A DNA stretch of 64,000 nucleotides from the NCBI GenBank assembly GCA_964188305.1, contig OZ076895.1; one strand, given 5' to 3'. The notes under the pieces were generated by a model that had not been told where the DNA came from, made no database searches, and worked only from the letters and a program-made list of their open reading frames with translations. A program made the translations under genes and the position numbers. Source of the DNA: Podarcis bocagei. Its lineage: Eukaryota. Shown one piece after another: positions 1 through 12,900 of this stretch. Position 1 is the stretch's first letter; each line of letters starts with the position of its first letter.

Positions 1-178
1 GCTATAAAGCGGTACCTATTTATCTACTTGCACTTAGGAGTGCTTTCGAACTGCTAGGTGGGCAGGAGCTGGGACCGAACGATGGGAGCTCACCCCGCCA
101 CGGGGATTCGAACCGCCAACCATACGATCGGCAAGTCCTAGGCACTGAGGTTTTACCCACAGCGCCACCTGCGTCCCC
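1..178 (-). mobile_element. Sauria SINE (5' half, truncated by the window edge)
   Basis: Reverse complement of the head seen at 37654 (GGGACGCAGGTGGCGCTGTGGG... GGTTCGAATCC B box). Confidence 0.85.
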
Positions 179-313
179 AGTAACCAGAGGTACCACTGTA
201 CTTATGTTCACTTTCCTGCAAACTGTATCATGGCTCACTTGACCAGGAGAAATGGGAGTCCGTCTGATTCTTTGTCGGGCCTAAACATTAGAAAATCTTC
301 AAGACTAGGTATG

Positions 314-482
314 CAGTGGCGTAGCGTGGGGGGTGCAGGGGGGCCCGGCCGCACCGGGCGCAACATCTGGGGGTTAGGGTTAGGGGGCGCAAATCCACAG
401 GTTAGGGGGTGCAAATCCATGGGTTAGGGGGCACAAATTACTTGCCTTGCCCTGGGTGCTGACAACCCACGCTACGCCACTG
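314..482. mobile_element. hAT-type MITE with internal TTAGGG-containing repeats
   Basis: 17-bp TIR CAGTGGCGTAGCGTGGG/CCCACGCTACGCCACTG; 8-bp TSD taggtatg/taggtatt. Confidence 0.85.
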
Positions 483-1127
483 TAGGTATTCAAAGATCTG
501 ATTCTTTGTAGCAGGAGAAAATGGTAATGTTAATGGCCCATTGTGAATCCACATCAACATTCCCTAAGGCTGCAATCCTAGGCACACTTATTTGGAAGTA
601 GACTGCATTAAACTCAATCCTTCAGAATAAACATGAATAGCATCAGACAGTTCCTTTAACTAACTCTACATATTACCCTCCCCATCCCCAAATGCTTTTT
701 TCAAACAAATGACACACTTAATTTTAAAAGAGAAAAATGAAAGATATTTGGTGGTTTGGTGGAAGGAAAAATTGCTGGACGACCACCCCTTCTCCAATTC
801 TCTGGTAAATGAAACATTTAATAAAAAAGAACTAAGGATGATAAATCACAGAGAGACTTACTCTCAAAGTATTAGTAGTGAGTAGGGCTCATTGGCTTAG
901 TTGGGGCACCAGGCAAAAAGGAATCTTAGGAATGTAGTGAAAATATTTTAGAGCAGTTTATTTGACATATTTCATACCATCATGGTGAAAATATTATGCT
1001 GCACACTGAAAAAGTAATAAAGTCCCATTGCTGAAAGCTCAATTTATTTTGTCTGTTAAACCTTTACTGAGAAGCAGATATTCTATTGTTTATGGACATG
1101 GTACTAAGTATATAGATTTTGTAGGTA

Positions 1128-1662
1128 CAGTGGTGCCTCGCAAGACGAAATTAATTCGTTCCGCAAGTTTTTTCTTCTTGCGAGTTTTTCGTCTTGCGAA
1201 GCACGGTTTCCCATAGGAATGCATTGAAAATCAATCAATGCGTTCCTATGGAGACCGTCCGGCGACAGAGGGGAAGCGCCGCTCTGTCCCCTCTTTTGAA
1301 GCAAGGGGCTGCGGGGAGAAGATAGCTTCTCCCCGCAGCCCCTTGCTTCAAAAGAGGGAAGCGCTTCCCGCTGTCCCCGGACCTGGGGCTGCAGGGAGAA
1401 GATCGCTTCTTCCCCGCTGTCCCCAGACCTCTTTTGAAGCAAGGGGCTGCAGAGAGATCGCTTCTCCACGCCGCCCCTTGCTTCAAAAGAGGTCCGGGGA
1501 CAGCGAGGAAGACCCACTGTCCCCGGAGCTTGCGGGGCAAGCTTCGTTTTGCGAAGCAAGCCCATAGGGAAATTCGTCTTGCGAGGCAACTCGAAAACGA
1601 AAAAACCTTTCGTTTTGCGAGTTTTTCGTCTTGCGAGGCGTTCGTCTTGCGGGGTACCACTG
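1128..1662. mobile_element. Tc1/mariner-pogo-type MITE (CGCAAGACGAA family) with internal hairpin modules
   Basis: TIR CAGTGGTGCCTCGCAAGACGAA / TTCGTCTTGCGGGGTACCACTG flanked by TA. Same termini as 53027 and 57971, in the opposite orientation. Confidence 0.9.
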
Positions 1663-2374
1663 TAATTATTAGTAAGGCTATGAAAGTCAAATATATTGAT
1701 AGAAATTAGTACCTCCAAGGAAACATTATTGTGACATGCAGATAACTGTTTCCTGAAATTTTATTCTCTTGCGTGCTTATGTGACTATGATAACTGAACA
1801 TATGGAGATTAGGATGAGTGTAGGAGTCAAAGTGTTTATCTCTAACTAACAGCTCTATAAAATTAACAAATAAAAGTTTCAGCCTTACTCATACAGACCA
1901 TTTAGCTTAACAGCTTTCATGTATTATCCATGTGAAAATGCTGGGGACCAAGGAAAAAGAGAAATATATATATAACAATTGTCATCTTATTTCAGGAGAA
2001 GCTCTTCTGTCTAACTGGTGGATTCAGGAAAAAAACAAACTATATCGTTTTGGTAAGGAGTGCTAGTTTTTGCAGTTTCTAAGCCGTGAGAATCAAGTCT
2101 ACAAAAATCCAACAGTAGGACTGCCATCTTTCTTTCTATCTATCTATCCTGATATTCAGGAGTTCATTAATGAAGTTTATAGAGGTGAAGTGATAGGAAA
2201 GGCAGCTGCTGCTAAATTTCTATCAGATGAAATTTACTGCAAATTTGGGCAAGTATCCTCCAAAAATCATGGGAGTTCCACCACACTAGAACTGAAAATC
2301 TGGCTGTAATTCATTTACCTGAGCATAAGCCTTCCTGAATTCAATGTGACTTATTTTTGAGTAGACATGTATGG

Positions 2375-3084
2375 CAGGGTGGTTCAACCTCTCAGAACAA
2401 GTGTGCCACAAGAGTACTTCACCACAGAACCTGTTGGTCACACACGGAATTAAATTTACATATCATGAATTAAAGTGTTTTCATTATAGTTAATATTATT
2501 TAATATAAACATTTAATATATTAAATTGAATATATATGATTAAATACACAACTAATAGGTCGACTCCCTGTCAGGGACGGTGAGTCCCTGTCAAGATAAA
2601 ACAAGTGGGGTATAAATAAATATAATAGCAACAACAATAATAATGACATTATTTTAGAAGCCTTCTAGTCCAAATGATTTGAGCCCTGTGAAGAAGAGTG
2701 CATGGGGTTGGGGGAGGAGGGGGACAACAGCTGCCTCATCCACCTCACTTGCCTGCCAGTTGCCACGGCCACCACCGTCTTCCCCACACATGTGGCCCTA
2801 TCAGGCCAGTCGTTAACTGAGTGGGGGGATCTGTAGAATTGGAAGGAGACCCCTAAGGGTCATCTAGCCCAAACTCCTGCAATCCCTGGCAGGCAGCCAC
2901 TCACCACCCAGCTGTAAAAAAAGGGGCAGTGCTCTTTTGTTGTTGAGGGAAGAGGGGCCAAGCAACCAACCAGCGGGAGGAGAAGCTCTTATGGGAAAGG
3001 GTGGAAGAGCAGAGCCGCTGAAGGGCACTAGCAGGGCTGAAGGCAAGGTCTCATGGGTCACAGGCCATGTGTTGGACCACCCTG
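2375..3084. mobile_element. Non-autonomous hAT-type element with heterogeneous interior
   Basis: TIR CAGGGTGGTTCAAC/GTTGGACCACCCTG; TSD atgtatgg/atgtatag. Confidence 0.7.
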
Positions 3085-5854
3085 ATGTATAGGATTGCAC
3101 TTAGAGGCATCCAAGCGATCTATTTCACTCTTCCAGTTAGCAGTGAATCTATTATTCTTTTACAAGCATATCTTCGGTATATTTTGTATCTTCTTATCTC
3201 ATATAGTTTGTGTATTTTCTTCTGAAGGGGTTTTAATCAATGACGTAATTATAGCTCTTTGTTGCTTGTGGGGGGGGGGAAGTTCATCTCCTCAGACGTA
3301 GACTATCAAAAAGAGAAGCAGTTTATTGTGACGAGAACTGCTGAGATCTCATCAAACAGACAGTATCAGAGAGGTTTGCTTTTATTTTAAAAAACACACA
3401 AAACCCAGTGGATGCATTAGTTTTCATTCCAACATTTACCAGCAAGGCCTTTATTTAAAACTCCATCTCTCTGCCTCTCCTCATGCTCTTCAATCTCAGT
3501 CCCCCCTTTCTTGCACAGGTTAGGCCTTCCATTTGTCCCATTCCTGCCCCTGTACTTTCTGCCATGCTGCTCCCTATGTCTGGAACAGGATTACTGGTGA
3601 GGGTCTGTTGAGTCTGGAAACTGAGCTAAATGGTATGCACACTAAGCAAAGGGTGGTGAAAACAGCATCCCTGTGGTGAGTCCTTCCTCTCTCTGCTGTA
3701 ACATTTAGAAGCCATCCCTATGTAATGCAGTAACATCATATTGTAAGTTTTACCACCGCCACTGTCAGCCAATGGCATGAATCACAACTTAAAAAAAAAC
3801 ACCCCTGTATTAAGACCTCCTGCCAAGCAATAAGAAAATCACACCACAGTTCTGCATCTGATCAGAAGTTCTCATCATCACTTGGCAAGGCAATACAGGC
3901 AACTAATTTAAATGCACACCATAGGATGTTACAATCTGGTTTATTTATCCCTTAGAAAAACTTATATACTGCCTTTAACATAGGTATCCAGGCAATGTGC
4001 AGCACAGAACAAGATAAAGGTCTACCAGGCTTGCATGTTCAATCATGGGCAGCTTACAACCTCCGGGAATGACGTCTCAACACCTTCAGGGAGATTTTGG
4101 CCACTCTTTTGACTTCCCGTGTGAAGAGGAACCTGAAGAAGGACCTCAGAAGAGGATTGCAGGGTCCACGTCAGTTCATAAGGGGAGAGGCATTGAGGTA
4201 TTGGGGTCCTGAGCCACATAAGACTTTATAAGTCAAAACCAGCACTTTAAATTGGGGCCAGAAACTAATTGGTAGCCAGTGCAGTTCAGACAGGATAGTT
4301 TAACTAAATACTTCACAGTAGTACTAATAGCAGCAGTAATAGATCTACCACTAATTAATACTGTCATACTTTTTCAAGAGAAAAAATGGACATTGTCCCT
4401 TCCTGTCCACTACTGGTCCCATGGAGGAAGCAGCATGGAAGGTTGGTTGGTTACAGGACCAAGGAGAGCTCCTAATTAACAATTTGTTTCTGAGAGGTTC
4501 AGAAATGAAGACTACCAGTCTACCTCTGACCTCTTTTGGAGAACTGCCTTAAAGAGGCAGCTTATCCCACATTCCATGGCCATGACCGGCTCCTTGTGCT
4601 GTTGAACTACAAGTTAGTATGAGAGGCACATTGTTCCTTGAGCCCAGGGGAAGGTGGTTGTGAAAGTCTTCAGCTCCAGTGCTGTGACATCACTGCTTCC
4701 CAATGTTGGGATCACCAGCATCAGAATCAAAGCTAGGAGTAAGCATCTGAAAGTAGGATATTGAGCCAGCTCCAAGGACATGGAGATGCCAGCACTGGCA
4801 CAAACAAAGCTCACAGGTTCAGCCCACTCACAGAAGTGCCTGTTTGCTTGCCCAGAGCACAGACACCTGTTGTTTGCCATGCTAAGGCTTGTGCCCACTC
4901 CACTGTAGAATAGAAAGAGACAGAGAGTGTGTAGCTTGTTGGGTCAATGTTTCAGCTCACACTTAACTATGTAATTCACAAGCTGTGCCTTGCCTATGCA
5001 TCAATCAGATCTGTGCATTAAAGAATTCGGTAGAAACAGAAATTCAGCAGTGAGGGTCAGGATAGGCAACAACATTGGCCTAATTTTTAACTATTATTAT
5101 GATTATCATGATTATTCCTCCGTCACCCCTGCTTTGTGTAACATCCTGCCTGACGAAGCATTCTGGAAACTCAGAAGCTTCTGTGACATTCTGGTTAGTC
5201 CAAATAAAGGTTTTACCCAACTGTGGATTTTGGAGGTTCCCTCCCCTTGTGGACCAATACACTAGTTTTGTTTTGTTTTTTATGTTCCTGGTGGATTGTG
5301 CATCACACCATCATACATCCCCAGGAGCTACTGCAAGAGGCATTTTGACTTCAAGGTACCCATTTAGCTCAGAAAAGAAATAAATTACTTCATGTAGCAA
5401 TTAATTATGGCAAGCTATTCTTGCTGACAACAAGCTAGTGTGAAGACAGTAATCTCTACTCCCACTTACTCAAGAGGAAAGCATTATGTGATAAACCCTC
5501 TTTTCTGCCCACCACCATGTAGAGTAATAAAGGAGTAATAAAAGAAGGCTGAGGCAACCTTGTCAAATTAATCTTATAACATTCGTTTCTAGATTTTGTA
5601 ATATGATTACAAGATCCACATTAAAAATATTGGAGTAAAGTGTTTAAAAAGTAGAGATGTGCCAGCATAGTTGCTGTACTAGGCTTAATACAGGATTTGT
5701 ACTGATTTGCTGTACTAATATGTAGTATTTTCTTTGACTTTTGCAAATCTGCAAGACATAACTGGTGCTGGTTTGCCTATTAGACAGAGAATGCTGGAGT
5801 GAGGCTTTACCAATATGAGATACTGCAAGTTTATTATTTGTTTGTTTGTTTGCT

Positions 5855-6640
5855 TGCTTGCTTGTTGGAATATTTATAGATCACCTCTCAAATAAAGTAT
5901 CAGGGTATTATGCAACAAAATTTAAAGTACATAAGGCATAAAGCACCATACAAAGTGTTGCTATTTATGGACCCTCCACAGGGCATACCAGGAGAGGTGG
6001 TCCCATAGGTACGAGGGTCCTAGGCCGCAAAGGACTTTTAGGGTCAAAACCAGCACCTTAAACCTGACCAGGAGCTAGTGCAGCTGGAAAAGCACTGGAT
6101 GAATGTGGTCCCACGGCCAGGACTCCGTAAGGAGCCTCACTGCGGCATTCTGTACCTGCTGGAGTTTCTGGGACAACTTCAAGGGCAGCCCCGTGTAGTG
6201 CGAGTTACAGTAGTCAAGCCTGGAGGTGACCATCACATGGATCACTGTGGCCAGATCAGGGCAGGAAAGGTAAGGTAAGGGACCAAAGGTAAGAGTACAA
6301 CCCCATCCAAAGCAGGCAGCCGGCCAATTTGTCAGACACAGGACCTACTCTCTCACAGCGACCCCCATCTTGCCAGGATTCAAGTTCAGTTTATTTTCCC
6401 TCATTCAGCCCACCATTGCACCCAGGCACCAGTCCAAGGCGTGCACAGCTTCTGCTGTTCTAGGTGTCAGTGAGAAATAGAACAAAGTGTGATCAACATA
6501 CTCGTGGCACCTTGCCCCAAAGTTCCTAATGACTGCTGCCAGTTGCTTTATGTAGATGTTAAATGGCATAGGGGACAAGATAATGCCCTGCGGCACCCTG
6601 TAGTGTAATTGCCTGGGATATTAGAAACACTCTCCCAACA
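5855..6640 (-). mobile_element. L2-clade LINE 3' fragment (degenerate RT)
   Basis: ORF 6405..6596 reads PQGIILSPMPFNIYIKQL...CHEYVDHT, a decayed PQGS-LSP-LFNIY...YADD RT motif. Simple-repeat tail near 5830-5865. Confidence 0.8.
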
Positions 6641-9600
6641 GGGGTGAACCTTGGTAATGTGCAACCCTTGTTTCACTCTCAGACAAGGTCACCCACTAGG
6701 GTGACTAAAGCCAGACCCAGTCCCATCAGCTCTCAGCAACCTCTGGGCCACCCAAAGAGCTCTGCCTGCTGGCTACTGGAGGATAAAAGAGACTGTGAAA
6801 TGAGCCTTCTTCGCTACTTGCACTGCCACATTATGTGCACTGACCTCCTCTCGATTGACTTCACTTGTGTCAGTTGCACTCTAGTCATTCATCTGGCTTG
6901 CTTCATATCCTGCAGCTGCCCAGAGTATCAAGTAGCCACTGGAGACAGTGCTCAAGTGCCGACCATCCATGTCATCTCACCATTTCATCGTGAGACTAGA
7001 GCATAGACAAAATCATCACCTTTCCCCTCTGAAAAGAACCCTAGAGCATTCAGGAATGTGTCATGTCCTATCAGTCTCTGGGGGCAGGCTATCCAAACAC
7101 CACACAAAGGCCTTCACTCTTGCAGGAGTGGGAGGGAAATTGTCACCACCTATCCAAAGGTCACCAGATAATGGTGTGGCTGTGGCAAGGGAGTTCATTG
7201 CTTCATCCCTCAAATCACTTGAAGAAGACTGCATCAAGGGTATACCCTGCTTGATGTGTTGGACCAATGACCCTTTGAGAAAACCCCCCCGTTTTCATGG
7301 GGACATGAAGTCCCAAACCAGCCCAACAGCAGCATCCATATGGATTCTGGGGTCACCTAAAATTATCATCCTGTGGTGTTCCAATACCATGCCAGACACC
7401 ATCTTGGCCAACTTGGTCAGGAAGGGCACTGACCAGGAAGGGCAGCAATGTGGTTGATATCCCCAATCTGTGTCTCTGGCTCAACACCAGGTGCAAACTC
7501 TTTAAGCCTGTTCGAGGATCAATAAGTTTTCTGGTCAGGGAGATGGTGCTTCTATAAAAAATGGCCAGACGGGTACTAAACCTTGGTGGACACTGCCGAA
7601 TTAGGTAAACTTTTTCATCCACAATAAAATAAAATTGTGGATGAGAATATTGTTGTAGACTACTGATCTAGAATTAAGAAACCACACCACCAGACCACAG
7701 GGTTTGCCAGATTTGTATTTAAGGCCTCCTGGTAGATGAGAGGAAATGTGTATCTGAATTTGCTACCTTCTTCTCTTGTTTATGGGAACAAAAGGATATA
7801 ATTATTTCCAGGGAAGAAGCAAAACTGTAGCATTAAAAATGGCATTTCAAAGAGAGCGAGATCACCAGGTTCAGTGTCTGAACCTTAAGAACTTATCTCA
7901 TTAGTTTTTTTATAGTTACCATTTCCACTTAGGAGCTAGAAAATGAATTGAGTGGAACACATCTGCTAGTCCCAAAAAGCTGTGTTCCCAAATGCAATTT
8001 TTAAAATGTCTGGGAAAGTCTTGCTGAGCCACAGTGATCAGTACAGATGAGGACACTGATCTGCAGAGAGAAAGAGAATTTTGTATATGTGATGTATTTT
8101 TATTCTCTCCTACTGGGAAGACATGCAAGAGAATCACATAAATTAGTCTGCAGGATGCGTCTGTTCATTGTTTTGATTTTTCAATTGACCTAAATATATC
8201 TGGCATAAGGTAATACTCAGCTGCATTCAGAAAGGAAATAAATATTGCAGTGATTCTTATTTGACTGCATTCTTTAAAGAAGAACTTTGCAGGGAGGGAA
8301 GCAAACTGAGGCTAAATAAGAAACAGCATAAAGTAGCATATAGCCATTTCAACAGATCTGATAGGATTCTTTTGACTGACTCTTGGGCCCTGTTGTATAG
8401 TAGGCAGTGTGCCCTGCGTTGTCTCTCCTCACCCTACCCACTGCCGGGCCCCAACCTATCACCATAACTTCAAACACCCCAGGTGTGTTTCTTTAAAATC
8501 ATTTGTATGTGTGCATAAGGCACAGAATTAAAAAGAAACATTACAGTCTGGGGCCCATTATGTCCTCACCACCCAAGTACTTGGGTAGCTTACCAGAGGA
8601 AATCTGATAAGGTAGAAAAAGGTACCTATTTTTATATCACTTGTTCTATTGAATTATATATGCTCAAATTCACCAAGAATCTCAAACATAAATTTGGAAT
8701 ATTACTACTTTAAGCATTGATGGGAACCCCCATTAAGTGCTGGGCTTGTTTATGAGAGTGCCCAACTCATAATGCAGGTAGAAAGTATTTAGTTAAATTG
8801 GTTTTGTTTCCTTTTTTGTTCTCTTTCCATTCCATTGTTGTCCTCCATATTTCTTTCTTCTTGTGCTAGCTATGGGATTAAAGAGAATAAATGATTCTAT
8901 GCTTTTTATGATTAGGAAAAACTTTTTATCATGTCCTTTTTTGTCTTTCATTGTATAAGACATAATAAGGAACTTAGCCTTTCTCCACAACCCTTTCACA
9001 CCACAGCTCTTTGGTCAGAAAAAGCTTTCTTTGATCCGAAAGAGTATTGTGAGAAATCAAGCAAGTTTCCTCTGTGTTGTTGATTTTGGAGTAAATATTG
9101 TGCTACCTCACCCAGGAAGCTTTGCCAGTGATATGAGAAAACACAAGAGAAGAAAAATATTATAAGGCTAGGACTTACTGAAGACCATGAAAGATCACTC
9201 AGCTGTGCCAAGCACAAGTTTCAACAGTCAGACTCCAGAGGTAGATTTGGGATGAGCTGGGGCAATGAAGCAGCATGCCTTATATTTTAAAATGTTCCCA
9301 CCCCAGTAACATTTACATTTTTCTGACACATATTATGACACATTTTTGTATGTGAACACTTATTGCAATTGTATGTGAAGAGCATTGTGTTACGATTGAG
9401 CAAGAGGTAGCACTACTTCAGAGTGCATTCTATTCATGTGGCTTCTAAGTTTAGTACAAATGTCTTGGAAGACAATGGGTGTGGACCAGCCTAAGAATAA
9501 GCATTATAGTATTTGCACCTGGCAAAATAAGAGGACGCAGAATAGGGAAACCCTGTGAAAGCTGGTGTGTGAGAACTGAACACGCTGAAGGCAGTATCTG

Positions 9601-9713
9601 CCCCTCTTCAGGAATACAGTGCCAATGAGCAGAAGGTGGAAATAACAGCTTAAGTGTACCTTAAATCAGGAGCTCTGATTTAGGTGGAAGCTGTGTTCAG
9701 TAAGGCGCCAATA

Positions 9714-9929
9714 CAGTGGTACCTCGGGTTAAGTACTGAATTCATTCTGGAGGTCCGTTCTTAACCTGAAACTGTTCTTAACCTGAAGCACTGCTTTTAG
9801 CTAATGGGGCCTCCCGCTGCCGGAGCACGATTTCTGTTCTCATCCTGAAGCAAAGTTCTTAACCCAAGGTACTATTTCTGGGTTATCGGAGTATGTAACC
9901 TGAAGCGTCTGTAACCCAAGGTACCACTT
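9714..9929. mobile_element. Tc1/mariner-pogo-type MITE (same subfamily as 26884)
   Basis: TA + CAGTGGTACCTCGGGTTA ... TAACCCAAGGTACCACT; body nearly identical to 26884-27125. Confidence 0.85.
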
Positions 9930-10399
9930 ATGATGAATAGAATTAGGAAGCCTCGTGTCATCTATACCAGGGTGTGTGTTTCCTGTAATTTTGGACATCT
10001 GTAACACATTGGAACCATGCAGTGGATCACTGTCCATCCTACTTCCAGACACAGATCCAGAAAGTCCTGGTGCAGGTCTATATATAACACAGGCATGGAC
10101 CTTCAAACAAACTGGGCACAGTGTTTTTGTATGATGTCTGGCGAAAGACAGGCAGGATTCTCCTCCAGACGTGAACATCATTTCCCTGTTACCTCAACTT
10201 TTATTTGAACTCCGTGTGTGCAGCTGACCCACATAGAACATGGAAGCCACCCAGCTATAATGCACCCGCATGACCAAACAGTTTAGGACTGGGCTAGCGA
10301 CGTCGATGGAGAATAAAACGGATTTAAAGGCTGAGCACCACCACGCTTTTATACATATGATCTCTAATATAAACGGCAGCTCTTCACTTTGTCCCTCAC

Positions 10400-12900
10400 C
10401 CCCTTCCTCTCACGCACACGCTGCCGCGAGGCTCCGCAAAAGCAACTGCTCTGGCAAGGCGAGGAAGTGACTAAACACGAAGCAGCAGCACGCGTCGTCA
10501 TCTTCGTTCTGACAGGGAGGACATGACAGGCGGCAGAGCGAGAGATCCGGTCTCTCCCAGCGCCCCCTCCCCCGATCATCATCATCATCATCAAGTGTCA
10601 GTGACGGAAATCGGTCGCCTCTCCCTCCTCCGTGGTCTCTGTCTGTAAATGCCGGCCCTCTGAGGGAACGTCGTGTGCATTAGCTTGTGTGAACTGCCTT
10701 CTAACCCCTTCAGGCCCACCTCCCGCTCCTCCCTAAGACGGCCCATCGCTCAGGCACGTCGAAGTCTCGTCTCTCGTACTGTCATTTCAATCGCAGACGC
10801 CGCTCGGAAGGGCGAACGGCCGCCGCTCGGGGTTTTCTCTGCGGTCTCCTCGAGGGCGCACGTTTCGCGCTCGCGAGCTGACAAACGGTGACCTCCGCCT
10901 CCTTTGGCAGTTGGGTCTTCTAACCGCCCCTCCCCCCGCTTCCCCCCCAAATCCTCCTCTACACACCCCTCGCCTTTCCCAGCCTGAAGTGAGTCTACGG
11001 CCAGAGCGACCCGCGCGGGCGCCAGACGACCCCCTGCCCGCAGTTTGTGGGGTGGGGGTGGCCCAATGGAGCAGGGGGGGAGGCGGGGACGTGCAAGTGA
11101 GGTGGAAGAGGAGGGGCAAAAGCGCCTTAGCCTCCCCCCACCCCTCCCCAGGGAGACGCTCGTGGCAAAGTCAACGACCCGGAGCCCGCCGGGCCTCATC
11201 AAACGCCTCAGCCCGACCCACATACGTCATGGAAACAAGCACGTCAGGCAACTCCGACCAATAGCGGGAGGTCGGGGAGGCGGAGAAAGCGGCACGCGCC
11301 GCCCCTTCAGGCGCCAGTGCCAATCGGAGGCTCCGCCCTTTCTCTCCCCCGCCTGCCCCCCCCACCCGTGAAGGCGCCGCGCCTTCAGACCCCCGCCTCT
11401 TCCTCCAACCCAAGCGAGACCCTGTCACGTGACGGGGACCGGGGAGAGAGTGTGAGTGTGTGAGTGAGGGGGGGTCGGGCCGGTTCGGAACCTGGTGGCT
11501 ACCGGAACCTGGGGAGGAGGGCTCGCCTGAGGAGAAGCGGGCGAACGGACTAGTAAGTGGCCGACCCTCGCGGTGGAGAGCGAGCGAGCAGCGGAGAGGG
11601 AGAGCGAGCCGGGCCGCCTGTGGCTGGGAGGCGGCGAAGGCAGCGGCTCCCTCCCGCGCGGCATATGGCTCGGCGAAGGGAGCCGAGCGCTGCCCGCACG
11701 CCTGCCTGCCGCTGACTAGCGAGGGCGAGGCGCTGCTGGGGAGCTACCGCGGAGGGCGGGGCAGGGCACCCGGCTCCCTCCTCCTCCTCCTCCTCCCCCT
11801 CCTCCCTCCTTCCTTCCCTCCCTCGCTCCGGCTGCTGCCGCTGCCTCCACCTCCTCTCTCCCTCCCTCCCTCTCTCCCTCCGTCCCCTCCCGGTCTCAGG
11901 CGGGCTTGGCTGGGGCTCGCGCGCTCTGGGGCGGGGTGGGGGGACCCTGTGCAGCAGGCAGGCACTGGAGGTGGAGGCGGCGGCGGCGGCGCTGGCCGCG
12001 TGTGGGGCTTGGCGGCGGCGGCGGCGGACCCTGAGGTAAGAGGCGGAAGGGTGGGCAGCGTGCGGCCGGGCAGCCCGAAGAGAGGACGCGGCGAGGGCGT
12101 CGGACGGGGCACCTCCGGAGGCGCAGGTGGCGAGGCGCCGCGGAGCAGCGCAGGCCAGGCGGGCTGGGGGATAAGCCTGCCGGAAGGAGGCGGCCGCGGG
12201 GTGGGGGTGAGGGGCAGGAGACCTGGGCCCTGCCCGCGCCCCTCCTTCCCACGGGGAGCCCACGCCGGCCGCCTCGAAGCCAGGCGCGGCGTGACCTTGA
12301 GGGCAGCCCGGGAGCAGTGCCTCCGGCCGGCCGCCCGCCCGCCACCTTCTCGCCGGGCCGGCAGCTGGGCGAGGGAAGGGGAGAGAGCTCTCCCCTCATG
12401 CCCCTCCGGTTGGTCAGCGTTCATCTCCCCGTCCGGCGGCGGCGGCTGCTGCTGCTCTTTAGAATGGGCCGCCGGGCGCCCGTTAGGTGAAGGTGCTTCT
12501 TGGTCTCCGGTTTGCTCTGCCGGGCTAAGTAGCCGGGATTACGCCGCCGCCAATGCACGGCATTATCATCCTCGGCAGCCTTGAGCTTCTATTTACCCGC
12601 CCTGCGGGGCGCCCAGCCGCCCGGCCAGCCTCTCTCCTCTTGGGGAAGGGAGTCGGGAGCCGGAGGCTGGCGGCCGAGGGTCCTCCTGCTCCTATCTGCT
12701 AAGCCTGACTCCTTGCTTTCAAGTCAGGGGTTGTGGTTGGGCATAGAGCGGAATGTCAGGCTTCTCTCTCTCCCTGCACAAGCCCCTCTGTGGTTTATCA
12801 CGACGTTAAAGTGATTTACTAATGGCTTAGTTGCATGTGTCGCTTATGAACATTTTGGAAGCGCCCTCGAATGCCGCGTGGGTCGGCGAGGCTGACCAAA
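10400..12900. promoter_or_regulatory. CpG-island promoter of ATP2B1
   Basis: Very GC- and CpG-rich against an AT-rich background. CCAAT boxes (~11063, 11258, 11320), CRE-like ACGTCA (11224, 11241), GTCACGTGAC (11424-11433) and GC boxes. Confidence 0.88.
11880..12035 (+). other. ATP2B1: Probable non-coding exon 1 of ATP2B1 (start approximate)
   Basis: GGC-repeat-rich segment in the CpG island ending in a strong donor GAG|gtaaga at 12036. The TSS cannot be determined from sequence. Confidence 0.6.

Noticed and set aside
1104-1718. 204-aa ORF as a possible transposase
   Set aside because: It spans a 535-bp palindromic MITE; no DDE/D or HTH motifs are recognisable.
6644-7622. Cluster of 60-170 aa ORFs upstream of the promoter
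   Set aside because: No recognisable protein motif or splice pattern; probably decayed retroelement sequence that I cannot classify.
10750-12584. GC-rich ORFs of 110-374 aa
   Set aside because: Low-complexity G/A/P/R translations expected in a CpG island; no recognisable domain.
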